DNA of 49,097 bases. Origin: an uncultured Verrucomicrobiota bacterium. GTDB taxonomy: Bacteria > Verrucomicrobiota > Verrucomicrobiia > JABWAM01. The position numbers and the translations under genes are program-made. Below the pieces are notes generated by a model. It had not been told where the DNA came from. It worked only from the letters and a program-made list of their open reading frames with translations, and ran no database searches. This document shows, piece after piece, positions 10,252 through 19,681 of the stretch. Within the stretch, counting starts at the first letter, position 1. Every line of letters starts with the position of its first letter. The stretch lies in NCBI GenBank assembly GCA_964475835.1, contig CAYYYL010000020.1:1-49097 (forward strand), read 5' to 3'.

Positions 10252-10296
10252 GCGCAAAGACGCAAAGAATTTCCGCTGTCTTTGCGCCTTTTAATG
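10252..10296. terminator. Bidirectional intrinsic terminator between convergent carA and the RCC1-repeat gene
   Basis: GCGCAAAGAC-(16 nt)-GTCTTTGCGC perfect 10-bp stem followed by CTTTTAATG. A second imperfect hairpin lies at 10226-10254. Confidence 0.6.
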
Positions 10297-10305
10297 AGAT
10301 GGCTT

Positions 10306-11805
10306 CTACTGCTCAGCCACTCCAAATTTGGTTAATGATCCATTCTGTCCTAAAATTCCAGCCGCGCCGGAAGTATAGGCTCCATCCGTCGTTTCAATCG
10401 TTGCTTGCCCGCATTTCAACTTCAATGAAGCGTGATCCAATGTGAAGGTTAGTGTGATCATCGGAAAACTACTAACTCCAGGCACTTCAGCAAATTTTAA
10501 TAAGATCAAATTTCCAGAATCAGCTCTGAAGATGGCGGCATAATACTTTCCGCCCTGCCTCACCATCGCTCCATAATAATAATTGGACTCCATTTGCCTC
10601 GCCAACATACCCATAAAACCACCTTCTGTCAGATTCCCCACTTCCACTTCCAGGGTCAAATTGGAGATGGGTTTGGCTTCGGTTGAACGCACGAGAGCCA
10701 CAGCAGGCGCATTATTTGAAATGGTGAGAAAAGGTCTATCATACAATTGCGAGTTCTCCACCACGCGCCAGAATCCCATGTTGGGTCCAGCAATCTCATC
10801 CCATGCACTTCCCAATGTTGAATCGCTCACAGGACGATCAAAGTTGTCCTGCAAATAAATCTCGGTTCGTCCAAACGCGCAAGGAACGCCTCCATTACCA
10901 ATCAATGACACATCGCGCAAATTGGCAGGCGGTGCCGGAGGGGGAACATTTCCACCAAAGATGCTTTGGCCGTAAAAGCCTTTTACAGTTCCGTCGGCAA
11001 GCAAAAGGTAATCCGATGTCATATCCATGACAGGAATTGAACCACGGGGAAAAACTGGATGCACCCCGGAAGCCAAATAGGCATAAGGAAGCCCGTTCGC
11101 CTGGATACCCAGAACCCAATTCATTGAATTGCTTAACATTTTTGTTAAATTACTTTTCGTCTCCATGATCCCAGTGGGCACACTAGGATCACCCGACGAT
11201 GTCAATAGGGTGCCGTCTTGCGTGAGAGCATAAAAATTTGCATAACTCATCGAGATCGAGCGAATTTTCACAAATTCCGAAGGAGTCACTACGGGAATTT
11301 TTTTGCCTTGAGCCACGATGGCGCTTCCCCAAAACACCACCGTTCCATCGCTCTTTAGAGCCATACTTGCCATGCCACCAGCAGCGACCATCGTCACGTC
11401 GCTTAAATTTGAGGGAACATCACATTGATGATTTGTATTGTCTCCCCAAGCCACCACGTGACCGTCCGATTTTAAGGCTAATGCATGATCCATCCCCACA
11501 GCCAGGGAAACCACGTGGTTTAAACCAGGAGGGACTTGTGAAGACAACCGCTTACCATAGGCGCTCACAACAGTGCCGTCAGTTCGAAGAATCAATACCC
11601 CGTTATAAGTTCCGCCGGCACTATTTTGATTGGCTGCTATCTGCTTTACATCGGTAATTTCAAAAAACGAGGAGGGAAAAGTATCGGCAAGAGGTCCCCA
11701 AGCCACCATATGCCGCGGAGGAGGTATCACGTCTGACCTCACTTCGACTGCCATTCCCAAAAAACAAAGACCACAAACTAATACAAAGGATAGATTTTTT
11801 TTCAT
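10306..11805 (-). CDS. Secreted RCC1-repeat beta-propeller protein with extra C-terminal domain
   Basis: Signal peptide (MKKNLSFVLVCGLCFLG). Repeated units of the form ...G..H..AL.SDG.V..WG.N..GQ are characteristic of RCC1/ATS1 blades. The gene is AT-richer than its neighbours. An alternative start lies at 11820. Confidence 0.65.
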   Translation of the reverse strand: MKKNLSFVLVCGLCFLGMAVEVRSDVIPPPRHMVAWGPLADTFPSSFFEITDVKQIAANQNSAGGTYNGVLILRTDGTVVSAYGKRLSSQVPPGLNHVVSLAVGMDHALALKSDGHVVAWGDNTNHQCDVPSNLSDVTMVAAGGMASMALKSDGTVVFWGSAIVAQGKKIPVVTPSEFVKIRSISMSYANFYALTQDGTLLTSSGDPSVPTGIMETKSNLTKMLSNSMNWVLGIQANGLPYAYLASGVHPVFPRGSIPVMDMTSDYLLLADGTVKGFYGQSIFGGNVPPPAPPANLRDVSLIGNGGVPCAFGRTEIYLQDNFDRPVSDSTLGSAWDEIAGPNMGFWRVVENSQLYDRPFLTISNNAPAVALVRSTEAKPISNLTLEVEVGNLTEGGFMGMLARQMESNYYYGAMVRQGGKYYAAIFRADSGNLILLKFAEVPGVSSFPMITLTFTLDHASLKLKCGQATIETTDGAYTSGAAGILGQNGSLTKFGVAEQ

Positions 11806-11993
11806 AAAAAATAATATCAAACGCCTGTTTAAAACATTGGATTTCTTGACTTTGACATCTTTAGAATCACATTTTCAACACAATTATCCTATTTAGATAG
11901 CATTGATGAGTTGTTCGTATTTATTTCACGTGCAGCTTGCGAACCACTTTGATCCACTATTGCTTCCCGCCAAAAACCCGTTAGCATGGCCCG

Positions 11994-13841
11994 ATGTGTG
12001 GCATTGTCGCATATGTAGGTACGGAACCCGCCGCGCCCCTTCTGATCGAAGGGCTTCGGCGGCTTGAATACCGCGGGTACGACTCCGCGGGCTTGAGCAC
12101 TCTCCATCGTGGAAAAATCGATACACGCAAGAAGCTTGGCCGCATCGATGTGCTCGCCTCTCTGATCCGTCACCAACCCATCGACGGCGACATTGGCATC
12201 AGCCACACCCGCTGGGCTACGCACGGGATTCCCAGCGACGAAAACTCGCATCCCCACCTCGATGCCTCCACCCGGATTGCCGTCGTGCACAACGGAGTGA
12301 TCGAAAACCATCAACCTCTCAAGGACTGGTTGATCAAGGAGGGCCACACCTTTGCCTCCGCCACCGACACCGAGGTGCTTGCTCATCTTATCGGCCAGCA
12401 CTACGAGACTGCCGGACAATTTAACGAACAGGGGCTCCTCGACGCCATTCGCGCCGCGCTTCGCCAGGTGGTCGGCACATTCGGACTTGCCGTTCTCTGC
12501 CGCGACTGCCCCGGCGTGATCATCGGAGCCCGACGTGGAAGCCCGCTCGTGGTGGGTGTGGGCAAAGGCGAAAACTTTCTCTCCAGCGATGTCAACGCCA
12601 TCGTCGCCCACACTCGGGAGGTGGTGTACCTGAGCGACAACGATCTTGCCATTCTCCACAAGGACGATTTTCGTGTCGAACGCCTCGATGATCAGGAGGC
12701 CAAGGTCGAAATCTGCACCGTGGACCACGATGCCGGTGCCTCCGAAATGGGAGACTTCCCCCACTTCATGCTGAAGGAGATTTTCGAGCAACCGCAGACG
12801 ATGCTCAATGCCATGCGTGGCCGTTTCAACCGAGACGACGCGTCCGCAACCTTTGGCGGACTGAACCTGACCAATGGAGAGCTCCGCGGTTACGATCGTG
12901 TCATCATGACCGCGTGCGGCACCTCCTGGCACGCCGCGCTCGTCGGGGAATACCTGATCGAGGAACTCGCGCGAATTCCATGTGAGGTGGAATATGCCAG
13001 TGAATTCCGCTACCGCAATCCTCCGATGGACAAGCACACGCTGGTCTTTGCCATCACCCAGTCCGGCGAAACCGCCGACACTCTCGCCGCCCTGCGGGAA
13101 GCACGCCGCAAGGGCCACATCGCCCTCGGCATCTGCAACGTCGTCGGCAGCACCATCGCGCGCGAATCGGACGGCGGCATCTATCTACGCGCCGGACCTG
13201 AAATCGGCGTTGCCTCCACCAAGGCATTCACCTCCCAGGTGACCGTTCTCGCGCTGCTGGCGCTCCACCTCGGACGCCTGCGGGAATTCTCCGCCACCCA
13301 GGGACAGCGCTTCATCCAGGAGATCGAACAGATTCCCGACAAGATTGGACAAATTTTAAAACAAAGCGAGGCCATCCGCCAGATCGCTCTGAAATACAAG
13401 GACGCCCGGGACTTCCTCTTCCTCGGCCGTCAGTTCAACTATCCCGTCGCGCTGGAGGGAGCATTGAAACTCAAAGAAATCTCCTACATCCACGCAGAAG
13501 GATATCCTGCCGCCGAAATGAAACACGGTCCCATCGCCCTCATCGATGAAAAAACCCCATCGGTCTTTCTCTGTCCCCAGGATGCGATGTATGACAAGAC
13601 CATGAGCAATCTCGAGGAAGTGAAGGCACGAAGCGGAAAGGTCATCGCCATCGCCACCGAAGGCGACAAAGAGATCCATCGTCGCGCCGACGACGTGATC
13701 TATATTCCGAAAACCATCGAGCCCCTCTACCCCCTGCTGACCAACATCCCCCTCCAGTTGCTGGCCTACCATACCGCTGTCGCCCTGGGGCGCGATGTCG
13801 ACAAGCCCCGCAATCTCGCCAAGAGCGTGACGGTGGAGTAG
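11994..13841 (+). CDS. glmS: Glutamine--fructose-6-phosphate aminotransferase
   Basis: The start MCGIVAY is the Ntn-hydrolase Cys1 motif. Two SIS domains and the C-terminal ...LAKSVTVE are present. Length 615 aa. Confidence 0.95.
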   Translation: MCGIVAYVGTEPAAPLLIEGLRRLEYRGYDSAGLSTLHRGKIDTRKKLGRIDVLASLIRHQPIDGDIGISHTRWATHGIPSDENSHPHLDASTRIAVVHNGVIENHQPLKDWLIKEGHTFASATDTEVLAHLIGQHYETAGQFNEQGLLDAIRAALRQVVGTFGLAVLCRDCPGVIIGARRGSPLVVGVGKGENFLSSDVNAIVAHTREVVYLSDNDLAILHKDDFRVERLDDQEAKVEICTVDHDAGASEMGDFPHFMLKEIFEQPQTMLNAMRGRFNRDDASATFGGLNLTNGELRGYDRVIMTACGTSWHAALVGEYLIEELARIPCEVEYASEFRYRNPPMDKHTLVFAITQSGETADTLAALREARRKGHIALGICNVVGSTIARESDGGIYLRAGPEIGVASTKAFTSQVTVLALLALHLGRLREFSATQGQRFIQEIEQIPDKIGQILKQSEAIRQIALKYKDARDFLFLGRQFNYPVALEGALKLKEISYIHAEGYPAAEMKHGPIALIDEKTPSVFLCPQDAMYDKTMSNLEEVKARSGKVIAIATEGDKEIHRRADDVIYIPKTIEPLYPLLTNIPLQLLAYHTAVALGRDVDKPRNLAKSVTVE

Positions 13842-13900
13842 TCCTGCCCTTCCTTCTTCTGTCAGGCTGCCGCGTGAGCATCTTCATGGGGAATTCTGAT

Positions 13901-13929
13901 TTGACAAAAGATATAAATATGATATCATA
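13901..13929 (+). promoter_or_regulatory. Sigma70-like promoter: -35 TTGACA (13901-13906), 16-nt spacer, -10 TATCAT (13923-13928), 27 nt upstream of the SPFH ATG
   Basis: Perfect -35 hexamer. 5/6 match in the -10 hexamer. AAGGA RBS downstream. Confidence 0.6.
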
Positions 13930-13937
13930 TTTATATC
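13910..13937. promoter_or_regulatory. Perfect 28-bp palindrome GATATAAATATGATATCATATTTATATC overlapping the -10 element (candidate operator)
   Basis: Verified base by base: symmetric about the 13923/13924 junction, 14/14 positions complementary. Confidence 0.7.
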
Positions 13938-13955
13938 ATCCTAGAAGGATTACAT

Positions 13956-14885
13956 ATGACAAAAGAACGAGAAGTTTATCCGTTGAATGGCTGGATCATG
14001 CTGGGGGTGAATCTGGCGACCATGGTGGGCTGTATCATCCTCTTCATCAAGACGATGGGCTCTGGTGAAATCTGGCCGGGGGTTGCGGTGATGGGGGAGG
14101 TCCTGGCGATTCTTTCGTTGACGGGACATTTTACCCTTCAACCCAACGAAGCCCGACTCCTGATCCTGTTCGGGTCCTACAAGGGAACCGTCAAGACAAG
14201 CGGCTTTTTCTGGGCAAATCCTTTTTATTCAAAGGGATTTTCGCTCCAGACCACACATGTGAACGGTCAGGTGAAGGTGAGTTCATCCTCCTCAAAAACG
14301 CGCATCTCCCTACGCCTGCGCAATCTCAACGTTCCGCAATTGAAGGTGAACGACAAACGTGGCAATCCGATCGAAATCGCAGCCGTGGTGGTTTGGCGGG
14401 TGCAGGACACCGCCCAGTCGGCATTCGACGTGGACGACTACGAAAGCTTCGTTCACCTGCAGAGTGAAACCGCTCTTCGTCACGTAGCGAACAGCTACGC
14501 CTACGATCAAGGGGAAGCCGATGAAATCACCCTGCTCAGCGGTGTGGAGGAGGTTTCCCTGGCTCTCAAGGCGGAGCTGGAACAACGCCTGGCGAAAGCG
14601 GGGATCACCGTCGAAGAAGTCCGCCTCACCCACCTGGCGTACGCTCCGGAAATCGCCGGCGCCATGTTGCGCCGTCAGCAGGCCGAAGCGGTCATTGCCG
14701 CCCGCCAGAAGATCGTGCTTGGCGCCGTCAGCATGGTGCAAATGGCATTGCAGGATCTCTCGGACAAAAAGGTGGTTGAACTCGACGAGGAACGCAAGGC
14801 CGCCATGGTAAGCAATCTGCTCGTCGTGCTTTGTGGCGAGCGGGACACCCAACCCGTGGTAAACACCGGGAGTCTCTACCAATAA
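13956..14885 (+). CDS. SPFH/band-7 (stomatin-prohibitin-like) membrane protein
   Basis: N-terminal TM hairpin followed by an SPFH core (QVKVSSS...[27 protein letters not shown]) and a C-terminal Ala/Glu-rich helix. AAGGA lies 7 nt before the ATG. Confidence 0.8.
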   Translation: MTKEREVYPLNGWIMLGVNLATMVGCIILFIKTMGSGEIWPGVAVMGEVLAILSLTGHFTLQPNEARLLILFGSYKGTVKTSGFFWANPFYSKGFSLQTTHVNGQVKVSSSSSKTRISLRLRNLNVPQLKVNDKRGNPIEIAAVVVWRVQDTAQSAFDVDDYESFVHLQSETALRHVANSYAYDQGEADEITLLSGVEEVSLALKAELEQRLAKAGITVEEVRLTHLAYAPEIAGAMLRRQQAEAVIAARQKIVLGAVSMVQMALQDLSDKKVVELDEERKAAMVSNLLVVLCGERDTQPVVNTGSLYQ

Positions 14886-14897
14886 TGAACCTCTGAA

Positions 14898-15086
14898 ATG
14901 CCGGAGAACAAAAAATCCCTCCTGCTGCGAATCGATCCTGTGCTCTGGCGCGAACTCGAAGCCTGGGCACAGGACGAATTGCGCAGTGTCAACGGGCAGA
15001 TTGAATATGTCCTCCGGGAAGCCGTTCTCAAACGCCGCAAACGGGGCTCGAAAACCTCCACGTCGAACGGTAAAGAAAACGTGTGA
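14898..15086 (+). CDS. Arc-family ribbon-helix-helix DNA-binding protein
   Basis: The 62-aa protein LLLRIDPVLWRELEAWAQDELRSVNGQIEYVLREAV matches the Arc/MetJ RHH pattern (beta-strand LRlP..l, then ...gRSvN.eI...l). It starts 12 nt after the SPFH stop. Its stop overlaps the next gene's start as GTGA. Confidence 0.55.
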   Translation: MPENKKSLLLRIDPVLWRELEAWAQDELRSVNGQIEYVLREAVLKRRKRGSKTSTSNGKENV

Positions 15087-16630
15087 CCGATCTCAATTTC
15101 ATCCTGACCTGGATCGTCCTGATTTCCACGTTGGCGATGCTGGTTCGCCTCCTTCGGTTTAAAAAACATCTCTCCGCATCCTTCGGCTGGCTGGCTGTCA
15201 GTATCGGAATTCTCCTCTGCCTCGCCATTAGTTTCATCTTAGTTCCCGATGCTTGCGGGAAACTGACCGCCATGGTTTGGCTCAGCTTTCTAATTCTTCC
15301 CGCGATTGTAATCCAGCGTATGCGTCAACTTTTGATGCAGGGAAAATACAAGACAGGGCTGCTCCTTGCCCATATCGCCCGATGGCTTCATCCCTTCGAC
15401 GGCACCCGGGACCAGATCCAACTCGTACGGGCCATGAAACTCGCCCATGAGGGGGCGCTGGAGGAAGCATTGTCGATCTTCGACAAACATCGCAACGACC
15501 ATCACTCGGTGGGACGCGCCGCCACATTGAACGCCTATCGCTATCGCTCCGACTGGACCGGCATGCGTGAATGGCTCACTTCACTTCCCTCCCTTGATGC
15601 GCTGGCAAAAACTTTTTCCCTCCGCGCTTGTGGCGAACTCGGCGACCTGGATGCGATGATCCTGACGCTTTCTGAACTCGAGGAAGATCTTCTCCGCCTG
15701 AACGCCACCGAGGACTTGATGGCGGCACGCATGATGACTTTCGCTTTTTGCGGACGCGTGGAGCTCACCCGCGAACTTCTGGAGGGTCCCATCACCCACC
15801 TTCCCCCCTCCCACAAAAGCTTCTGGATGGCCACAGCAGAACTCGCTTCTGGGGATGGATCCGCCGGCTACGAGTTCGAGGAAATGGTGAAGGATCCCCA
15901 TGTCCTCGTACGGCAAGACGCTGCCTATCGTCTGAGACACCCTCCCGCGTATGCAGCCGGGTTAAGTCCCGAAAGCGAACGCTCCCTTCTCGCACTCGAA
16001 CAACGATGCCGGGGGGAAGGCACCGAGGGAAAACCCTTCGCACAAGTCCAACGCGGGGCCTACGCCACCTTCATTCTCATTGGGTTAAATCTGGCGACAT
16101 TCCTCCTGGAAGACTATGTGGGCGACAGCACAGATGCGGACACCCTCTATTCGCTCGGCGCACTCCTTCCCTCCGCGGTCTGGAACGGTCAGTGGTGGCG
16201 GCTTTTCACCTCCCTGTTTTTGCACGCGGGATGGCTTCATATTGCCATGAATATGATGGGACTCTACTACTTCGGTCCCTTCCTCGAACACAGCTACGGC
16301 CGGATGAAATTTCTTTGCACCTACTTCATCTCTGGCCTATTGGCCTCCTTCACCATTTTGATTTTATCCCTTTGGTTCGGTGAACAGATGGTTGTGGGAG
16401 CCTCCGGTTGTCTCATGGGCATCCTCGGCGCCACCCTCGGAGTGCATCTTCACTACTGGAGGCATCATCAAGTCCGTGTCGCCCGTCAACGACTTCTCTT
16501 TCTTCTCACCATCCTGGGAATCCAGGTGGTGTTTGACATCGTCACACCCCACATCAGTTTTTCGAGCCACCTCTTCGGAGCTTTGTACGGTTTTGGTTTC
16601 GGATGTTTATTCAAACCAAAGCAGCTCTAA
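15083..16630 (+). CDS. Rhomboid-family intramembrane serine protease with N-terminal TM + TPR-like cytoplasmic extension
   Basis: The C-terminal 6-TM core carries the rhomboid signatures: HIAMNMMGLYYFGP, a catalytic GASGCLMGILGA (GxSG) and a downstream H in FSSHLFGALYG. The N-terminal roughly 300 aa have 3 TM helices and helical repeats. Confidence 0.75.
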   Translation: MTDLNFILTWIVLISTLAMLVRLLRFKKHLSASFGWLAVSIGILLCLAISFILVPDACGKLTAMVWLSFLILPAIVIQRMRQLLMQGKYKTGLLLAHIARWLHPFDGTRDQIQLVRAMKLAHEGALEEALSIFDKHRNDHHSVGRAATLNAYRYRSDWTGMREWLTSLPSLDALAKTFSLRACGELGDLDAMILTLSELEEDLLRLNATEDLMAARMMTFAFCGRVELTRELLEGPITHLPPSHKSFWMATAELASGDGSAGYEFEEMVKDPHVLVRQDAAYRLRHPPAYAAGLSPESERSLLALEQRCRGEGTEGKPFAQVQRGAYATFILIGLNLATFLLEDYVGDSTDADTLYSLGALLPSAVWNGQWWRLFTSLFLHAGWLHIAMNMMGLYYFGPFLEHSYGRMKFLCTYFISGLLASFTILILSLWFGEQMVVGASGCLMGILGATLGVHLHYWRHHQVRVARQRLLFLLTILGIQVVFDIVTPHISFSSHLFGALYGFGFGCLFKPKQL

Positions 16631-16780
16631 CATCGACGCTTATTGTCCGCGAAAAGAAGATACACTTATTCCGCCATTACCGCTTTCTATGGCCGTTCCC
16701 TGAAAAACCTCTCTGGTTACACACCGTTTAAAACACCAAGCCACAGGACCAAAGCGGTGGCAAGCCATCGCGCTCTGAAA

Positions 16781-18991
16781 TCAACCTTCCACTCGACCGA
16801 AGGAACGCAACCGCAGACTGTTCCCCACCACACACACATCGCTCATGGCCATAGCCGCGCTTGCAATCATCGGATTCAACAACCAGCCCCAGATCGGATA
16901 GAGCACTCCTGCGGCAACGGGAATGGACAGAACGTTGTAGCAAAAACTGAAAAACAGATTCTGACGAATCACCCGCATCGTCTGACGCGAAAGCATCAAG
17001 GCATCAACCACACTCATCAGGCTGCCGCGTATGAGGGTGACGTCCGCCGTTTCGATGGCCACATCCGTTCCGCCGCCCATGGCAAATCCCACATCCGCCT
17101 GAGCCAGCGCCGGGGCATCATTGATGCCATCCCCCACCATGCCCACCCTGGCTCCATCCACCTGCAGCTCACGAATGCGACCCGCCTTTTGCTCGGGCAT
17201 CACTTCCGCCAGCACTTGACCGATTCCCACCTCCTTCGCCACCGCTTGCGCCACCAGCGTGTGATCTCCCGTGATCATCACCACCTGGAACCCCATCGAC
17301 TTCAGCTTCGCCACCGCAGCTTCGGAATCCGGTTTCACACGATCCGAAATCGCCATCATTCCCGCCACCACGTCATCCACCATCACCAGAACCGGCGTGC
17401 GCCCCTTTAATGCAAAACCCGCAGCAATTCTCTCAACTTCGGGGGAGACCGCCTGCACTCCCATTCGTATCACCCGCACACGTTTGCCCGATACGACCGC
17501 CTCGACCCCCGTTCCCCCACTGGCTCTGAATTCCGAGGGATCCGTCAGCGAAACCTGACAGGCACGGGCATGGACCACCATTGCATGGGCGAAGGGATGC
17601 TCCGAACGTTGCTCCACCGAGGCAGCCCATCGGATCACCTCCTTCTCAGCGAATCCCGAAGCGGACCAGATCCCCGTCACGGACGGCTTGCCCTCCGTGA
17701 GGGTACCCGTTTTGTCGAGCACGATGGTTTGGAGTCGAGACGTCATTTCCAGAGCCCCGCCACTTTTCACCAGCACCCCCATTTCCGCTCCGCGACCCGC
17801 CGCCACCATGATGGCCGTGGGCGTGGCCAGTCCCAATGCACAGGGACAGGCGATGATGAGCGTGGTGACAGAGGAAACCACTGCCAGCTCAAACGCATGG
17901 CCGGATGGTCCCCACGTCATCCATGCCGCAAAGGTCAGGCACGCCAGAAGAATCACCGCGGGCACAAAATAGCCACTGATCACATCCGCCATCCGCGAAA
18001 TGGGCGCGCGTGACCCCTGAGCCTCCTTCACCGCCCGGATGATCTGTTGGAACACCGTTTCAGATCCCACACTCCGGGCATGAAAACGAAAGCTGCCGTT
18101 GCGATTGAGGGTGGCACCAATAACCCGATCGCCCGCCGCTTTTTCCACCGGCATACCCTCCCCCGTGATCATCGATTCATCCACGGAGGATGAACCATCC
18201 ACAATCATTCCATCCGTAGGGATTTTTTCACCGGGACGAACCACGATCAGATCCCCCACACACACCTTCTCCACCGGGATATCCGACTCGACTCCATCCC
18301 GCACCACCCGGGCGGATCGGGGTTGTTTTTCGAGAAGCGCCTGAATGGACTGGCGCGTGCGATTCGTGGCACGCTCCTCGAGCCGACGCCCCACGGAAAC
18401 CGTTGCGATGATCACCGCAGCGGCTTCAAAATAAACATGCGGCGTCTGACCGAAACGCACCCACCATCCTGGACAAAAGGTGGCCGCCACACTGTAAATG
18501 AAGGCCGTGCCCGCCCCCACGGCAATCAACGTGTCCATATCCGCCGTCCGGCGCTTCCACGCCAGCCATGCCCCGCGGAAAAACGGCGCACCCGAAACCA
18601 ACACAACCGGTGTGGCCAGCAACAGGGCGATGATGGCCCCCCCCTGAATATGAACATCGCCCATGCCAAGAATCAGCAAAGGAATCGACAACCCGACGGC
18701 GAGGAGACTTCTTCCAGAAAGAATCGGAGAGGAAGACGGGGGGTGCATCGCAGACGACTCCATCCCCACGGCATATCCCGCAGCGTGAACCGTCTCCTTC
18801 AGACGAATCTCATCCATGTGAGCCGGGTCATACTGCACACGAGCCTCCCGCGCCGCGAAATTCACCTGGGCCGAGATCACTCCCGGCTGCTTTTCGAACG
18901 CCTTCCTTAAGTTGGCGGCGCAGGAGGCACAACTCATCCCCTCAATTTGAAATCGCCGCTCCTTTATGGATGCAGAAGAAGGATTCATCAT
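16781..18991 (-). CDS. copA: Copper-translocating P1B-type ATPase
   Basis: N-terminal HMA domain [16 protein letters not shown] motif [12 protein letters not shown]. Phosphorylation site DKTGTLT and hinge [10 protein letters not shown]. Length 736 aa. Confidence 0.9.
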   Translation of the reverse strand: MMNPSSASIKERRFQIEGMSCASCAANLRKAFEKQPGVISAQVNFAAREARVQYDPAHMDEIRLKETVHAAGYAVGMESSAMHPPSSSPILSGRSLLAVGLSIPLLILGMGDVHIQGGAIIALLLATPVVLVSGAPFFRGAWLAWKRRTADMDTLIAVGAGTAFIYSVAATFCPGWWVRFGQTPHVYFEAAAVIIATVSVGRRLEERATNRTRQSIQALLEKQPRSARVVRDGVESDIPVEKVCVGDLIVVRPGEKIPTDGMIVDGSSSVDESMITGEGMPVEKAAGDRVIGATLNRNGSFRFHARSVGSETVFQQIIRAVKEAQGSRAPISRMADVISGYFVPAVILLACLTFAAWMTWGPSGHAFELAVVSSVTTLIIACPCALGLATPTAIMVAAGRGAEMGVLVKSGGALEMTSRLQTIVLDKTGTLTEGKPSVTGIWSASGFAEKEVIRWAASVEQRSEHPFAHAMVVHARACQVSLTDPSEFRASGGTGVEAVVSGKRVRVIRMGVQAVSPEVERIAAGFALKGRTPVLVMVDDVVAGMMAISDRVKPDSEAAVAKLKSMGFQVVMITGDHTLVAQAVAKEVGIGQVLAEVMPEQKAGRIRELQVDGARVGMVGDGINDAPALAQADVGFAMGGGTDVAIETADVTLIRGSLMSVVDALMLSRQTMRVIRQNLFFSFCYNVLSIPVAAGVLYPIWGWLLNPMIASAAMAMSDVCVVGNSLRLRSFGRVEG

Positions 18992-19082
18992 CCTTCAGTT
19001 TGAACCCTCCGCTCTCATCTCTCAACTCTCAACTGCCCGATTGCGACTTGCTCTTGCCCACGGCAGAAGCTACGCATGAGGG

Positions 19083-19643
19083 ATGGCACTCGATGATATT
19101 TTGTTGGAATCCGAAGAGAAGATGATCAAGACCACGGAGGTCGTTCAACACGAGTTCTCCTCCATCCGAACCGGAAAGGCTTCATCCGCGTTGGTGGAAA
19201 ACATCATGGTGGAAGCGTACGGCACGATGGTGAGCATCAAGCAGGTGGCCGGCATCACCACCCCGGAGCCCCGGCTCCTGGTTCTCCAGGCATTTGATCC
19301 CACCACGGTGCAGGCGATCGAGAAGGCGCTGCGTGAATCCAAACTGGGCATTTCCCCCGTTGTGGACGGCAAGATCATCCGCCTCCCCATCCCGGAACTG
19401 AGCGAGGAGCGCCGCAAGGAGCTGGGCAAGTTGGTGAAGAAGATGGCGGAGGACGGGCGGGTAGCCATCCGTCATGTGCGCCGGGATGCCCTCGAAGGAG
19501 CGAAGAAGCTTCAGAAGGAGGGTCAGATCAGCGAAGACGCCATGGCCATGGCCGAGAAGGAAATTCAAAAACTGACCGACCAGTACGTGGCCGAGATCGA
19601 AAAGGTTCTTGCCGCCAAGGAAAAAGACATCATGACGGTGTAG
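19083..19643 (+). CDS. frr: Ribosome recycling factor
   Basis: Full-length collinear match to Frr (…FSSIRTGKASSALVENIMVEAYGT…LSEERRKELGKLVKK…VAIRHVRRDA…). Length 186 aa. Confidence 0.9.
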   Translation: MALDDILLESEEKMIKTTEVVQHEFSSIRTGKASSALVENIMVEAYGTMVSIKQVAGITTPEPRLLVLQAFDPTTVQAIEKALRESKLGISPVVDGKIIRLPIPELSEERRKELGKLVKKMAEDGRVAIRHVRRDALEGAKKLQKEGQISEDAMAMAEKEIQKLTDQYVAEIEKVLAAKEKDIMTV

Positions 19644-19681
19644 GCCTGCGACCCGGCAAACTTGCAACCCCAACTCAAGCG

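Noticed and set aside
11821-11993. Possible glmS ribozyme in the AT-rich leader of glmS
   Set aside because: None of the conserved glmS-ribozyme core segments are present. The region looks like an ordinary promoter or leader.
11889-13118. 409-aa minus-strand ORF inside glmS
   Set aside because: Antisense to an unambiguous GlmS. Gly/Val/His-rich artefactual composition.
16643-17410. His/Arg-rich 255-aa plus-strand ORF inside the copA region
   Set aside because: Antisense to the P-type ATPase. Compositionally implausible.
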